DNA from: Myxococcales bacterium
GTDB lineage: Bacteria > Myxococcota_A > Polyangia > Polyangiales > Houyiibacteriaceae
NCBI GenBank assembly: GCA_029862185.1
Contig: JAOTXX010000006.1
Location: 12,486 to 76,485, forward strand
Direction: 5' to 3'
DNA: 64,000 nucleotides
How positions within the stretch are numbered: the stretch's first letter is position 1; each line of letters begins with the position of its first letter. The notes beneath the pieces are model-generated. The model was not told the DNA's origin. It saw nothing but the letters and a program-made list of their open reading frames with translations, and did not search any database. The translations under genes were made by a program, and so were the position numbers. Below, in pieces: positions 36,364-45,985 of the stretch.

Positions 36364-38222
36364 CGCTCGATGCGCGCAGGCCCCATCCCGTGAATGCCTG
36401 CGAGCGCCTCGATCGATGTAGGCTTGTAGGCGGCGATTTCGAGAAGCGTACGGTCGTGGCAGACGACGTAGGCCGGAACGCCCTTGGCCCGCGCAAGGTC
36501 GAGACGCGTCGCGCGCAGGCTCTCGAAGAGCGACGAGTCGACATTGTCCGGAAGCTCCCGCTCCGAGGCTTGGCGGTCTTTTTTGTGCGCTCGCGGCTGG
36601 CCTGCCTCTGGCGAAGGGACGAGCACGCGCACCGGCTCCTCGCTCTTCATCGTCGTGGTGCCTAGCGGCGTCAAGAAGGGAATCGGGAATTCGCCAGTGC
36701 TGAGGTCGACCAGGCCCGCCGTGATCAGCCTTCTTAGAAGTGCGAGAACCCAGGCCTTGGGACGGTCCTTGAGTAGACCGTGCGTGCTGAGCTCGGTGAG
36801 GCCCAAGCGGCGCAGCCGTTCGTTGTCCGTACCGTGAAGCATGTCGCACACGGCCGTGAGCCCAGCTCGCCCCTGGTTGCGAGCGACCCCGGCCAGAGCC
36901 TTGCGCACCACGAGCGCCTCTTCCTCGGAGGCGGACCGCGGACCACCCTCCTCGCCTCGCTCTTCGAGACGCTCGCATACGTCGCAGTGGCCACAGCCGC
37001 CGAGGGTCTCCTGCTCGTCGCCGAAGTACCGCAAGATGAAATCGTGCCGGCAGCTGCCCGCTTCGACATATCGCATCAGATCGAGAAAGAGGCGCCATTG
37101 CTGTTGCACGTGCGCGGGGTCTTGGGCGGCGCCCGGGTCTCGCCCCCCGCTGAAGCCGATGAGGCGGCGTCGAAGCCCGAGGTCCCCCGAGCTGGTGAGC
37201 AAGAGCCCGTGCGCGGGTTGCCCGTCGCGCCCCGCGCGCCCGACCTCTTGATAGTACGCCTCGACCGAGCCCGGCGCCTGCACGTGGATCACGGTGCGAA
37301 TGTCGGACCGATCGATTCCCATTCCAAACGCATTGGTGGCGACGACCACATCGAGAGAACGATTCGCGAAACGCCGGTTGACGTCCTCACGCACCGAAGC
37401 CGCAAGGCCGGCGTGATACGGGGCGGCACGCCAACCTGCTTTGGCGACGGCCTCTGCGACTTTCTCGGTGTTACGGCGGGTCGCCGCGTAAACGATGGCG
37501 CCGCCATCGGGCTCGTCAGGATTGCCGAGCGCATCGCGAAGCGCATGCAGCATCCGCTTGCGCCGCTGCGACGAGCTGTCGGTTTCGACGACAGCAAGAT
37601 GGAGATTCGGTCGTGAGAAGCCGCGCAAAATCACCGCGCTCTCTTCGGAGCCGAGACCAAGCCGTTCTTGAATCTCGCGACGCACGATCGGTGTCGCGGT
37701 CGCCGTGCAGGCGATGACCCGAGGAGGCTTCAAGCGCTCGATGACCTCGCCGAGCCTCAGGTACGAGGGCCGAAAATCGTGGCCCCACTGCGAGATGCAA
37801 TGCGCCTCATCGATGGCCAGCAGCGCGGGCCGAATCCCCGCGAGCCTGTCGACCAGCCAGGGCGACTCGAGGCGTTCGGGCGCCACATAGACGAGTTGAT
37901 AGCGGCCCTCGAAGATTTCGCGCTCGCGACGCTTGACCTCTTCGGGATCGAGCGTCGAGGCTAGATAGGTCGCCGCAACCCCCCGCTCCGTCAGAGCGCG
38001 CACCTGATCTTCCATGAGCGCAATGAGCGGCGAGATCACGATCGAGGTCCCTGGAAGGACCGCTGCCGGAAGTTGGTAGCAAAGCGACTTGCCGCCGCCC
38101 GTAGGGGCGATGACGATCACCCGCCGCCGCCCATCGAGAAGCTCTTGGATGGCCTCACGCTGCCAGGGGTGAAATGCCGAAAGCCCGAAACGCTCTCGCA
38201 AAGCCACGTCGATGTCGGTCAT
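36318..38222 (-). CDS. recQ: ATP-dependent DNA helicase RecQ
   Basis: FHPWQREAI, APTGGGKSLCYQLPA, DEAHCISQWGHDFRP and the Zn-binding Cys cluster CRH...CGHCDVC. An HRDC domain lies at the C-terminus. ATG at 38222. The track ORF runs to 38405. Confidence 0.93.
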   Translation of the reverse strand: MTDIDVALRERFGLSAFHPWQREAIQELLDGRRRVIVIAPTGGGKSLCYQLPAAVLPGTSIVISPLIALMEDQVRALTERGVAATYLASTLDPEEVKRREREIFEGRYQLVYVAPERLESPWLVDRLAGIRPALLAIDEAHCISQWGHDFRPSYLRLGEVIERLKPPRVIACTATATPIVRREIQERLGLGSEESAVILRGFSRPNLHLAVVETDSSSQRRKRMLHALRDALGNPDEPDGGAIVYAATRRNTEKVAEAVAKAGWRAAPYHAGLAASVREDVNRRFANRSLDVVVATNAFGMGIDRSDIRTVIHVQAPGSVEAYYQEVGRAGRDGQPAHGLLLTSSGDLGLRRRLIGFSGGRDPGAAQDPAHVQQQWRLFLDLMRYVEAGSCRHDFILRYFGDEQETLGGCGHCDVCERLEERGEEGGPRSASEEEALVVRKALAGVARNQGRAGLTAVCDMLHGTDNERLRRLGLTELSTHGLLKDRPKAWVLALLRRLITAGLVDLSTGEFPIPFLTPLGTTTMKSEEPVRVLVPSPEAGQPRAHKKDRQASERELPDNVDSSLFESLRATRLDLARAKGVPAYVVCHDRTLLEIAAYKPTSIEALAGIHGMGPARIERYGEPFLAAVSSHAP

Positions 38223-38295
38223 GAACGAAACGCACCGTAGTGCGGCGGATGACGGCATGCCAGACCTATCGGACGCCGGCAGCTGAAGTTGCCTG

Positions 38296-39054
38296 TCACA
38301 ATCGCCGACGGATGAGATCGGCGATTTCGGTGGCGCGTTCCATGACGAGCATGTGGCCGGCGCCCTCCAGAATGTGGAGCTCGCTGTCGGGGATTTGGGC
38401 CGCAAGGTATTGCGCGTACTTTACGGGCGTCAGGGCGTCCTGACTTCCTGCGACGATGAGAGCGGGGACTTGGATGTCTTTGACGTCGTCCATTCGGTTG
38501 AAGCTGTCGCAGGCGCGCCAGTCTTGGCCTCCGGTTTCGATCGGCGTGAGCTCGCGGTGCTTCGATGCTGCGGCGACGAGAGCCGGACTGGCGCCCGGCT
38601 CGTAGAGGCCGGGAGGGAGAGGAGGAATGGCGGCGCCGGACTTCGCAACCTGCTCGAAGAGCTGTAAGATCATCGGGTGGACCCGGAGGCGCGCGCCGGT
38701 GCCGAGCAGGACGATTCCCTCGAGGCGCTCGGATCTGGACGAGAGGGCATGCTCCAGCGCCACGCCGCCGCCAAGGGAGTGGCCGACGACCAGGTAGTTG
38801 CCCTCCACTTCCGACTCGAGGAACCGGGAGAGGAACGCTTCCATCTCCGCCACGGTGCCGAGTGCCGGCCCGTCGGCTCCGGCTCGTCCCGGAAGGTTGA
38901 TCGCATAGCGCTCACGACCGGGCATCGCGTCGAGGAGCCGATCGTAGACATGGTGATTCCCTGCCGAGCCGTGCACGCAGACCAGAGCCGGCCCGGCCCC
39001 CGGCTCGTGTCGAAACGTCACGGCGCGTCCGTCGATTTGCCGGGTCTCTACCAA
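38296..39054 (-). CDS. Alpha/beta-fold hydrolase
   Basis: Nucleophile elbow VVGHSLGG, an oxyanion-region HGSAGN, and a C-terminal GAGHM.. histidine motif. Confidence 0.8.
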   Translation of the reverse strand: MVETRQIDGRAVTFRHEPGAGPALVCVHGSAGNHHVYDRLLDAMPGRERYAINLPGRAGADGPALGTVAEMEAFLSRFLESEVEGNYLVVGHSLGGGVALEHALSSRSERLEGIVLLGTGARLRVHPMILQLFEQVAKSGAAIPPLPPGLYEPGASPALVAAASKHRELTPIETGGQDWRACDSFNRMDDVKDIQVPALIVAGSQDALTPVKYAQYLAAQIPDSELHILEGAGHMLVMERATEIADLIRRRL

Positions 39055-39896
39055 AGCGAAAGATCCTCGCTTGTGCTTGCCAATCCCACCGCCTGGAAGC
39101 GAAAGAAACGCTCACGCGCGTAGGTGCCGGTGTACTCCAATGCCAGCTCATCGAAGCTCACGGTCCGGAGGAAGCGATAGCCGCACTCGGCCATCAAGGG
39201 CGTCGGGTCGTCGATCCCGAATTGCATGGGCTCGCCGAGCTCCTCGATGATGCCCTTCATCGCCCGGTCTTCCTTCCGGAGGCGTGGGCTCGACTTCGCC
39301 ATCTTGCTGTTGAGATAGTCGAAGACCAGGAGCGAGCGAGGGTCGAATTCGGCTGAGAGGCGCCGCAACGTCGAGCGGGCGGCGGCTTCGCGCAGGTAGT
39401 AGATCACGCCCTCCCAGACGAAGCAGGTCGGAGATCTTCGATCGAGCCCCGCGGTTTCGAGGAGCCGCACGAAGTCGTCTCCTTCGAAGTCGCAAGGAAC
39501 AAACGTCGCTGCCTCCATCGGATAGGCTTCAAACCTCGAAAGTCGTTCACGTTTGTCTGCCTGGCTGGCAGGCTGGTCGACCTCGAAGAAACGAACACCT
39601 TGGCGCCCCAAGCGTGCAGCCCGGGTGTCCAGGCCCGCACCGAGAATTACAACCTGCCGGACGCCGCGATCGAGCGCCCGCGTCACGCAGTCGTCGAGAT
39701 AGCGAGTCCGAAGCGCCATCCAGAGCTCCATCGAGGGCGAGTGTGCGTCCCAACGACGGGAAAGTGCTTCGCCCTCGGGTCCAGCGAGGCGCAGCGCCCA
39801 GGGGTCGTCACAGATCGGCTTTGGCGCGGCAGAGGCCCTGCCGCGGTAGGCGGCGACCATGATCGCCGTCCGGCTGGCCGCACGCGATTCGGTCAT
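39048..39896 (-). CDS. Class I SAM-dependent methyltransferase, LCM / TIGR00027 (putative O-/carboxyl-methyltransferase) family
   Basis: SRTAIMVAAYRGRAS, DDPWALRL, RTRYLDD, VRQVVILGAGLDTRAARL, FFEVDQP and VWEGVIYYL match the family pattern known from mycobacterial TIGR00027 proteins. Confidence 0.8.
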   Translation of the reverse strand: MTESRAASRTAIMVAAYRGRASAAPKPICDDPWALRLAGPEGEALSRRWDAHSPSMELWMALRTRYLDDCVTRALDRGVRQVVILGAGLDTRAARLGRQGVRFFEVDQPASQADKRERLSRFEAYPMEAATFVPCDFEGDDFVRLLETAGLDRRSPTCFVWEGVIYYLREAAARSTLRRLSAEFDPRSLLVFDYLNSKMAKSSPRLRKEDRAMKGIIEELGEPMQFGIDDPTPLMAECGYRFLRTVSFDELALEYTGTYARERFFRFQAVGLASTSEDLSLW

Positions 39897-39898
39897 GC

Positions 39899-40492
39899 TC
39901 AGTGTCCGCGCTCGCGATCGACGCCCGGATGACTCGGGTCGCCCGGCTCGTGGCGCGGATTGGCCGTCAGGTAGGAGCCGTCGCGCCCTGGGATCGAGAG
40001 CAGGGTGTCTTTGTCGTAGATGAAATGCTCACGACGGGTCGAGGGCGGCATGTGCATCCCCGTGTCCATTCGAATGGCATCGCAGGGGCACGCCTCGACA
40101 CAGTAGCCGCAGAAGATGCAGCGGAGCTCGTCGATGGTGAACACCGCTGGGAAACGCTCGTAGCCGTAGCGTGGGTCGTCGGGCTCGTACTCAGCCGGTT
40201 CGATGTGAATGCACTGAGCCGGGCATGCGGTGCTGCAGCAAAGGCATGCCACGCAGCGCGGTGAGCCATCGGTTCGCTGGGTGAGCCGGTGAATGCCGCG
40301 GAACCGCTCCGGATACTCGACCGTCTCTTCCGGGTATTTCACCGTGGCGATTTCCTTCTTGGCCTTCGGGCCGAAGGTGTTCTTGAAGAAGCGGCCCATG
40401 GTAAAGCCGAGACCCTTGGCAATCTCGGGGAGATAGACCTGTTCGGCGACGGTACGACCGGGTTTCTTGATGACTTTGATCTCAATTGCCAT
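39899..40492 (-). CDS. nuoI: NADH-quinone oxidoreductase subunit I
   Basis: YPEETVEYPERFRGIH and two 4Fe-4S motifs (CVACLCCSTACP and CIFCGYCVEACP). ATG at 40492. The 386-aa track ORF is an upstream extension overlapping nuoH. Confidence 0.92.
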   Translation of the reverse strand: MAIEIKVIKKPGRTVAEQVYLPEIAKGLGFTMGRFFKNTFGPKAKKEIATVKYPEETVEYPERFRGIHRLTQRTDGSPRCVACLCCSTACPAQCIHIEPAEYEPDDPRYGYERFPAVFTIDELRCIFCGYCVEACPCDAIRMDTGMHMPPSTRREHFIYDKDTLLSIPGRDGSYLTANPRHEPGDPSHPGVDRERGH

Positions 40493-40500
40493 GCGCGACC

Positions 40501-41916
40501 TCAGAAGATCTTCTCGAAGAAAGCGACCCAACCGTCGAGCCAGCCCGACAGAATGAAGGCGCCGATGACCAGGATGTTGAGCAGCGAAACGGGCAAGAGA
40601 CCCTTCCAGCAGAGCGACATGAGCTGGTCGTAGCGGAACCGCGGAAGGGACCAGCGAATCATGAGCTGGAACCAAATCAGGATGATGATCTTGAAGAGGA
40701 AGACCAGAAATTGAATGGCGACGACGAGCCAATGGACCAGCGGCACCGAAAATGCCGCGGACGCGAAAGGCAGCGAGAACTCGAAGCCATCGCGGTAGAG
40801 GAAGGGCACATCCCAACCGCCAAGGAAGATCACCGAGGCAATCGCGGCCAGCGAAACCACTTCGACGAACTCGCCCATGAAGAACATGCCGAACTTCATG
40901 CCGGAGTACTCGGTGAGGTAGCCGCCGACGAGCTCGCTCTCGCCCTCGGGAAGGTCGAACGGAACGCGCTTGGTCTCGGCGACGGCGGCCACGAAAAAGT
41001 TGATTGCAGCGAGCGTCAACGGCGGAACGAAGATCCCCCAGATGTGATCGTATTGCCACATCGCCATGTCTTCGAGCCGAAGCGAGGCATAGACCATGAA
41101 GGCAGGCACGAGCGTGAGGCCCAGGACGACTTCATAGCTGACCATCTGGCTGGCGGCCCGAATCCCACCGAGCAAGGAGTACTTGTTGTCCGAGGCGTAG
41201 CCGGAAACCGCAGCCCCGATGATGCCGGTGCTGGCGATGGCGAAGATGAAGAGGATGCCGACGTTGATGCTCGCGACTTGCATGGGCATCACCAGGCCGG
41301 CGATGTCGCCGGTTCGCGGGAGCACCTGATTGAGGTAGTCCCAGTGCAAGCTGCTGGCGAAAGGGACGACCGCAAAGGCTGCGATGGCCGGAATGAGCGC
41401 GATGATCGGGCCCGCGGAGAACAAAAACTTGTCCGCTTTGGGCGGAACGAAGTCTTCTTTGAAGATGAACTTCAAGGCGTCCGCCAAAGGGTGCAGGAGA
41501 CCGAGGAGCATGATCTTGCCCCCGTTGCGGACGAGCATGCCGTGCACGCCGTACCCTACGCGGAGCAAGATCGAGGCCGCGCCGAAGGCGACCAGCGTGG
41601 CGGTCAATGCAGAGGTCGAGAGCGGCAGGGGGTTGCTGCCTTTGATGGCAACGAAGGTCAGAGTGAGCAGCGCGACGATGGCGACGATGCCGGTCAGCGC
41701 GGCGAGACGCCACATGGGAAGACGCGCGCTGTCGATGAAGGCCACCGCCGAGGCCGGTAGGGTGATGGCGGCGCGACTCGGCCCCAGCCGGTCCTGAATC
41801 ATGGCGCTCTGGCGCCGCTCTGCCCAAATGATGATGGGAGCGAAGGTGCCGACGGTGATGACGAGGACGACCAGCACTTTCACCAGGGAGGAGACGACCA
41901 GGAACGTCGTGGTCAT
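40501..41916 (-). CDS. nuoH: NADH-quinone oxidoreductase subunit H, with a large insertion after TM1
   Basis: WAERRQSAMIQDRLGP..., GLLHPLADALKFIFKEDFVP and the C-terminal RFRYDQLM motif are present. At 471 aa it is unusually long. Confidence 0.92.
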   Translation of the reverse strand: MTTTFLVVSSLVKVLVVLVITVGTFAPIIIWAERRQSAMIQDRLGPSRAAITLPASAVAFIDSARLPMWRLAALTGIVAIVALLTLTFVAIKGSNPLPLSTSALTATLVAFGAASILLRVGYGVHGMLVRNGGKIMLLGLLHPLADALKFIFKEDFVPPKADKFLFSAGPIIALIPAIAAFAVVPFASSLHWDYLNQVLPRTGDIAGLVMPMQVASINVGILFIFAIASTGIIGAAVSGYASDNKYSLLGGIRAASQMVSYEVVLGLTLVPAFMVYASLRLEDMAMWQYDHIWGIFVPPLTLAAINFFVAAVAETKRVPFDLPEGESELVGGYLTEYSGMKFGMFFMGEFVEVVSLAAIASVIFLGGWDVPFLYRDGFEFSLPFASAAFSVPLVHWLVVAIQFLVFLFKIIILIWFQLMIRWSLPRFRYDQLMSLCWKGLLPVSLLNILVIGAFILSGWLDGWVAFFEKIF

Positions 41917-43487
41917 TGGGCCGCCTCCGCCGCGTCGACGAGGCCCTGACGCAGGCTTTCGAGGCTCTCGAAGCCGAGATCCTTGCCGAGCTGACGAGCG
42001 AGATTCAAAATCGTTTTCCAGGCGGGCTCGACGCCTGCCGGCGCGGGCAGCACCGGCCCAAAGGACTGCGACATGCCCTTGGCGTTCACGAAGCTACCGT
42101 CGAGCTCGAACGCGTCGGCGACAGGAATGGCGACCGAGGCCACGGCCGGCAGCGCGCCCACGTGGCTCGTGAGCGAGACGACCCGGTCCAAGGCGAGCAG
42201 CGGGGCGAGCTGTTCGAGTGTTTCTTCCGTTGCCCAGCCGAGTGCAAGCACCGCCTCGACCGAGCCGGACTGAACATCGGCCGGGAGCTCGGCGACCGAC
42301 TTCAACGCGGCTCCACCTGCAGCCAGCGTCGCACCCGCGCGATTCGGATTGTGATCCTCGTTGCGGAGAATGTCGTCACCTTCCCAGCTTGGCAGCGCCG
42401 CCAGGTAGAGCTGCTCGGCGCCCAAGGCGGCGGCCAGCTTGGCCAGGGCAAGGTTGTCTTCGGTGCTGTGCTGAGCGCTGAGAACGACCGCGAGCTTATC
42501 CCCATCGACGCCCTTGAGCTTCTCGGCGCCCAAAATGAGCGCTTCGTCTTCGCCAACCGGCAGGCGCGCATCGCCACGGCCCACGCTCGGCATCAGCAGC
42601 CGGTCCGTATCGTGGCGCGTGTAGGTCATCATCCCGTCGTCGCACATCCAGAACTTGTTGACATCGGCGTTGTCGCGAGGACGAAGGCGGTAGATCTTGC
42701 CGTTGCGCGGGTCGTAGTCGGCGTGGCTATTGCAGCCGGTGGCGCACCCAGTACAGACGCTCGGCGCCGACTTGAGGAACCAAACCCTCGCCTTGAAGCG
42801 AAAATCCTGGCTCGTCAGCGCGCCAACCGGACAGACGTGCTCGGTCATCAGCGTGTACTTGTGGTCGAGCTCTCTGCCCGGCGCGAGTATGATTTCGTTT
42901 CGGTTGCCGCGCTCGCGCATGTCGAGGACGTGGTCCTTGGCGACCTCGTCGCAGACGCGGATGCAGCGCGTGCACATGATGCATCGCTCGGCGTCATAAA
43001 CGATGGTCGGGCCGAAGCGGACACCTTTTGGCTTGTGAACCGGCTCGGTGAGCTTGCGCTTCAGCGTGCCCTGGTGCTCGTAGTAGTAATCTTGGAGCTT
43101 GCACTCGCCGGCCTGGTCGCAGATGGGGCAATCGACCGGGTGATTGAGGAGCAAAAACTCCTGCACGGAAGCCTGTGCGGTCTTGACCTCGTCATTGGTG
43201 GACGAAATCACCATGCCGTCGGCGGCCTCGAGCTGACAGGCGGGCTGAAGCTTGGACTTGGTGGCGGGAACGTATTCGCCCGCCGCTTCGTCGAATACGA
43301 GCTGCGGCATCGCCATCTGGCGGCCGCTCTCGATGTGAACGAGGCACATTCTACAATTCGCCGCGATCGAAAGACCGGGGTGCCAGCAGTAGTGCGGAAT
43401 CTCGATACCCTCGCGCCAGGCCGCCTGCATGACGGTCTCTCCAGGCTCGAAGCCGATCTCTTTGCCATCTAAGGTGAACTTGGGCAT
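41913..43487 (-). CDS. nuoG: NADH-quinone oxidoreductase subunit G-like protein (short form)
   Basis: N-terminal 2Fe-2S ferredoxin fold (CWHPGLSIAANCRMC). The HPVDCPICDQAGEC segment and the CIMCTRCIRVC 4Fe-4S motif are present. The C-terminal molybdopterin-like region is reduced. Confidence 0.85.
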   Translation of the reverse strand: MPKFTLDGKEIGFEPGETVMQAAWREGIEIPHYCWHPGLSIAANCRMCLVHIESGRQMAMPQLVFDEAAGEYVPATKSKLQPACQLEAADGMVISSTNDEVKTAQASVQEFLLLNHPVDCPICDQAGECKLQDYYYEHQGTLKRKLTEPVHKPKGVRFGPTIVYDAERCIMCTRCIRVCDEVAKDHVLDMRERGNRNEIILAPGRELDHKYTLMTEHVCPVGALTSQDFRFKARVWFLKSAPSVCTGCATGCNSHADYDPRNGKIYRLRPRDNADVNKFWMCDDGMMTYTRHDTDRLLMPSVGRGDARLPVGEDEALILGAEKLKGVDGDKLAVVLSAQHSTEDNLALAKLAAALGAEQLYLAALPSWEGDDILRNEDHNPNRAGATLAAGGAALKSVAELPADVQSGSVEAVLALGWATEETLEQLAPLLALDRVVSLTSHVGALPAVASVAIPVADAFELDGSFVNAKGMSQSFGPVLPAPAGVEPAWKTILNLARQLGKDLGFESLESLRQGLVDAAEAAQ

Positions 43488-43490
43488 CGC

Positions 43491-44708
43491 TTACCGGTCG
43501 CACTCCCCACCGATCATGTTGACCGATCCGAACGTTGGAATGATGTCGGCGATCATTCCGCCGAGGAGCATCTCGCGAGAAGCCGCGAGGTTGTACCAGC
43601 ACGGCGGCCGGACACGCACCCGGTAGGGTGTGCCGCTTCCATCCGAGACGATGTGGAAGCCGAGCTCTCCGTTGCCGCCTTCTGTGAAGCTGTAGACTTC
43701 GCCCTTGGGCGTTTGCAGGCCTTCCATCACGAGCTTGAAATGGGCGATTGTGGCCTCGATCGTGGTGTAGACCGCGTTTTTTTCTGGGTAGACGATGCGC
43801 GGGTCATCCACGTTGATCGGGCCGTCGTCCGGCATCTGCTCGATCGCCTGCTCGATGATGCGGACGGACTGCCGAATCTCTTCGAGGCGCACCATGAAGC
43901 GATCCCAGTTGTCGCCGTCCTCGCCGACCGGCACGTCGAAATCGAAGCGGTCGTAGACCAGGTAGGGGTGATCCTTGCGAACGTCGTAGGGAATGCCGGT
44001 CGAGCGTGCCACCGGGCCGGTGACCCCGTACGAAAGCGCCTGCTCTTTGCTCAAGATACCGACGCCCTGCATGCGGTCCAGGAAGATGCGGTTTCGGAGA
44101 AGCATGATCTCCGTTTCCTTCACGACCTTGTGAAGCTCGGGAATCAGGCGCAGCACGTCGTCTTTGAAGGTTGCCGTTGGCGGCTCTGCCATGCCCCCGA
44201 TTCGGCCGAAGCTGTGGGTCATCCGGGCGCCCGTTTCGCGTTCCAGAATGTCCCAAACCCAATCGCGCACCTTGAGCAGCCAGAGGAAAGGCGTGAACGC
44301 GCCAAGCTCCATCGCCGAAGCGCCGTTGCAGGTGAAGTGGTCGGCTATGCGCGAAAGCTCCCCGAGGATGACTCGATAGTACTGGCAGCGTTCGGGCACT
44401 TCGATTTCAAGAAGCTTCTCGACCGCGAGCGCCCAGCCTACGTTGTTGAGCATCGGCGACACGTAGTTGAGGCGGTCGGCATAAGGAAACACCTGCGCCC
44501 AGGTGCCGCGTTCGCAGGACTTCTCGAAGCCGCGGTGCAGGTAGCCCGGCTGCACGTCGAGATTGACGAGAGTCTCGCCGTCGAGGTCCATGACCATGCG
44601 AATCGTGCCGTGCATCGCTGGATGCGACGGCCCCATGTTCAAGCGCATCGGGTCTTCAGAAAGCTCGAGCGCCGCCTGTTCGTTCAACAGCTCGTCCGCC
44701 GGTTCCAT
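43491..44708 (-). CDS. nuoD: NADH-quinone oxidoreductase subunit D
   Basis: NMGPSHPAMHGT, DVQPGYLHRGFEK and the C-terminal IIPTFGSVNMIGGECDR are NuoD hallmarks. Confidence 0.95.
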   Translation of the reverse strand: MEPADELLNEQAALELSEDPMRLNMGPSHPAMHGTIRMVMDLDGETLVNLDVQPGYLHRGFEKSCERGTWAQVFPYADRLNYVSPMLNNVGWALAVEKLLEIEVPERCQYYRVILGELSRIADHFTCNGASAMELGAFTPFLWLLKVRDWVWDILERETGARMTHSFGRIGGMAEPPTATFKDDVLRLIPELHKVVKETEIMLLRNRIFLDRMQGVGILSKEQALSYGVTGPVARSTGIPYDVRKDHPYLVYDRFDFDVPVGEDGDNWDRFMVRLEEIRQSVRIIEQAIEQMPDDGPINVDDPRIVYPEKNAVYTTIEATIAHFKLVMEGLQTPKGEVYSFTEGGNGELGFHIVSDGSGTPYRVRVRPPCWYNLAASREMLLGGMIADIIPTFGSVNMIGGECDR

Positions 44709-45443
44709 CTACGCCTCCGAGTCTTCCTCGGAGGCCGCGTCCGGCGCCTTCTCCGCCTCGGCTTCCGCTGCCATCCGTGCTTCGATCCTTGCTTGAATCT
44801 GCTCGGCCGCCTCCGAATCGCTCAAGGCGCGCCGCTGGCCTTGCTGGACGCCGATTGCAGGGGAGACCTGCTGGTCGCGACCGGCCAGGCGTGACTCCCA
44901 GTCGATGCGTGCGAACGGCTGGCCCTCCTCGATACCGAACGGCGCTAGCTTTTCGATTTCGCTGACCTCGCGGTAGGGAACCAGGGGCTGTGCCTTGTCG
45001 ATTGGGTAGTCCTTGCGCAGCGGGTGCCCAACGAATTCCTCATAGAGGAGGATGCGCCGCATGTCGGGATGGTCTTTGAACCTAATACCAAACATGTCCC
45101 AGACCTCGCGCTCGGCCCAATTCGCGCCAGCCCAAAGACCGCTCAGCGTCCCCGGCTCTTCGCCGTCCTTCACATACGTGCGCAGGCGAATGCGCCCACC
45201 ATTGACCGACGAGCGCATGGTGAGCGTGAGATCAAAGCGCGCGGACTTTCGCTCTGGGTAGTCGATCGCGGTGAGGTCGATGAAATGGTCCATCTGCAGC
45301 TCGGCGGCGTCTTTGATGAACCGCGCGACCTCGACCCAGTCTTCGACCGCAACCCGGGCCTCGTGATCGCCGAACGCATCGCTCGTTTCGAGAACGCGTT
45401 CGCCAAACTGTGTGCTGAGCCGGTCGAGGACCGCCTGGCTCAT
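44709..45443 (-). CDS. nuoC: NADH-quinone oxidoreductase subunit C with an acidic Ala/Glu-rich C-terminal extension
   Basis: ANWAEREVWDMFGIRFKDHPDMRRIL is the NuoC core. ATG at 45443. The stop abuts the nuoD start. Confidence 0.9.
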   Translation of the reverse strand: MSQAVLDRLSTQFGERVLETSDAFGDHEARVAVEDWVEVARFIKDAAELQMDHFIDLTAIDYPERKSARFDLTLTMRSSVNGGRIRLRTYVKDGEEPGTLSGLWAGANWAEREVWDMFGIRFKDHPDMRRILLYEEFVGHPLRKDYPIDKAQPLVPYREVSEIEKLAPFGIEEGQPFARIDWESRLAGRDQQVSPAIGVQQGQRRALSDSEAAEQIQARIEARMAAEAEAEKAPDAASEEDSEA

Positions 45444-45985
45444 GACTTGCCCTTCCCCGTTCGGCCCGGCGCACGCTCCGGCACGAGATGGGGCGGCACG
45501 ACGATGGGCTTGCGGTCGTTCGCCTGAATCTTGTCCTGAAGGAGCATGAGCGCATCGAGCACGGCCTCGGGGCGAGGCGGGCAACCCGGGATGTACACGT
45601 CCACTGGAATGACTTTGTCGACGCCAGGAATCGTGGTGTAGTTGTCGTAGAAGCCGCCGCAGGACGCACAGGTGCCGAATGCGACAACCCACTTGGGGTC
45701 CGCCATCTGCTCCCAGATGCGACGGATCGCCGGACCTTGCCGCTGGCTGATCGTTCCGACGACCCAAAGCACATCGGACTGACGAGGACTGAAGCGCGGC
45801 GCCTCGGCGCCGAAGCGCGCGATATCGTAGCGGGGGGCGGCCGTGGCCATGAACTCCATCCCGCAACACGCCGTCACGAACGGGTACTGGAAAAGCGACC
45901 ACTTTCGAGCCCACTGAAGCAGGTCGCTCAGGCGCGTGGTCACCGCGACTTCGCCCCCAGCATTGATGACTTTCAGCTCTCCCAT
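45440..45985 (-). CDS. nuoB: NADH-quinone oxidoreductase subunit B
   Basis: VTACCGMEFMA, GTCASCGGFY and IPGCPPRPE are the N2 cluster ligand motifs. ATG at 45985. Confidence 0.93.
   Translation of the reverse strand: MGELKVINAGGEVAVTTRLSDLLQWARKWSLFQYPFVTACCGMEFMATAAPRYDIARFGAEAPRFSPRQSDVLWVVGTISQRQGPAIRRIWEQMADPKWVVAFGTCASCGGFYDNYTTIPGVDKVIPVDVYIPGCPPRPEAVLDALMLLQDKIQANDRKPIVVPPHLVPERAPGRTGKGKS

Noticed and set aside
39899-41059. A 386-aa track ORF suggesting a much longer NuoI. The same issue arises for 44709-45914 (NuoC), 45440-46405 (NuoB), 36318-38405 (RecQ) and 62821-63945 (Psd).
   Set aside because: The N-terminal extensions overlap the upstream gene in another frame and have no family similarity. 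Internal ATGs at 40492, 45443, 45985, 38222 and 63681 give proteins of canonical length that begin with the expected N-terminal motifs.
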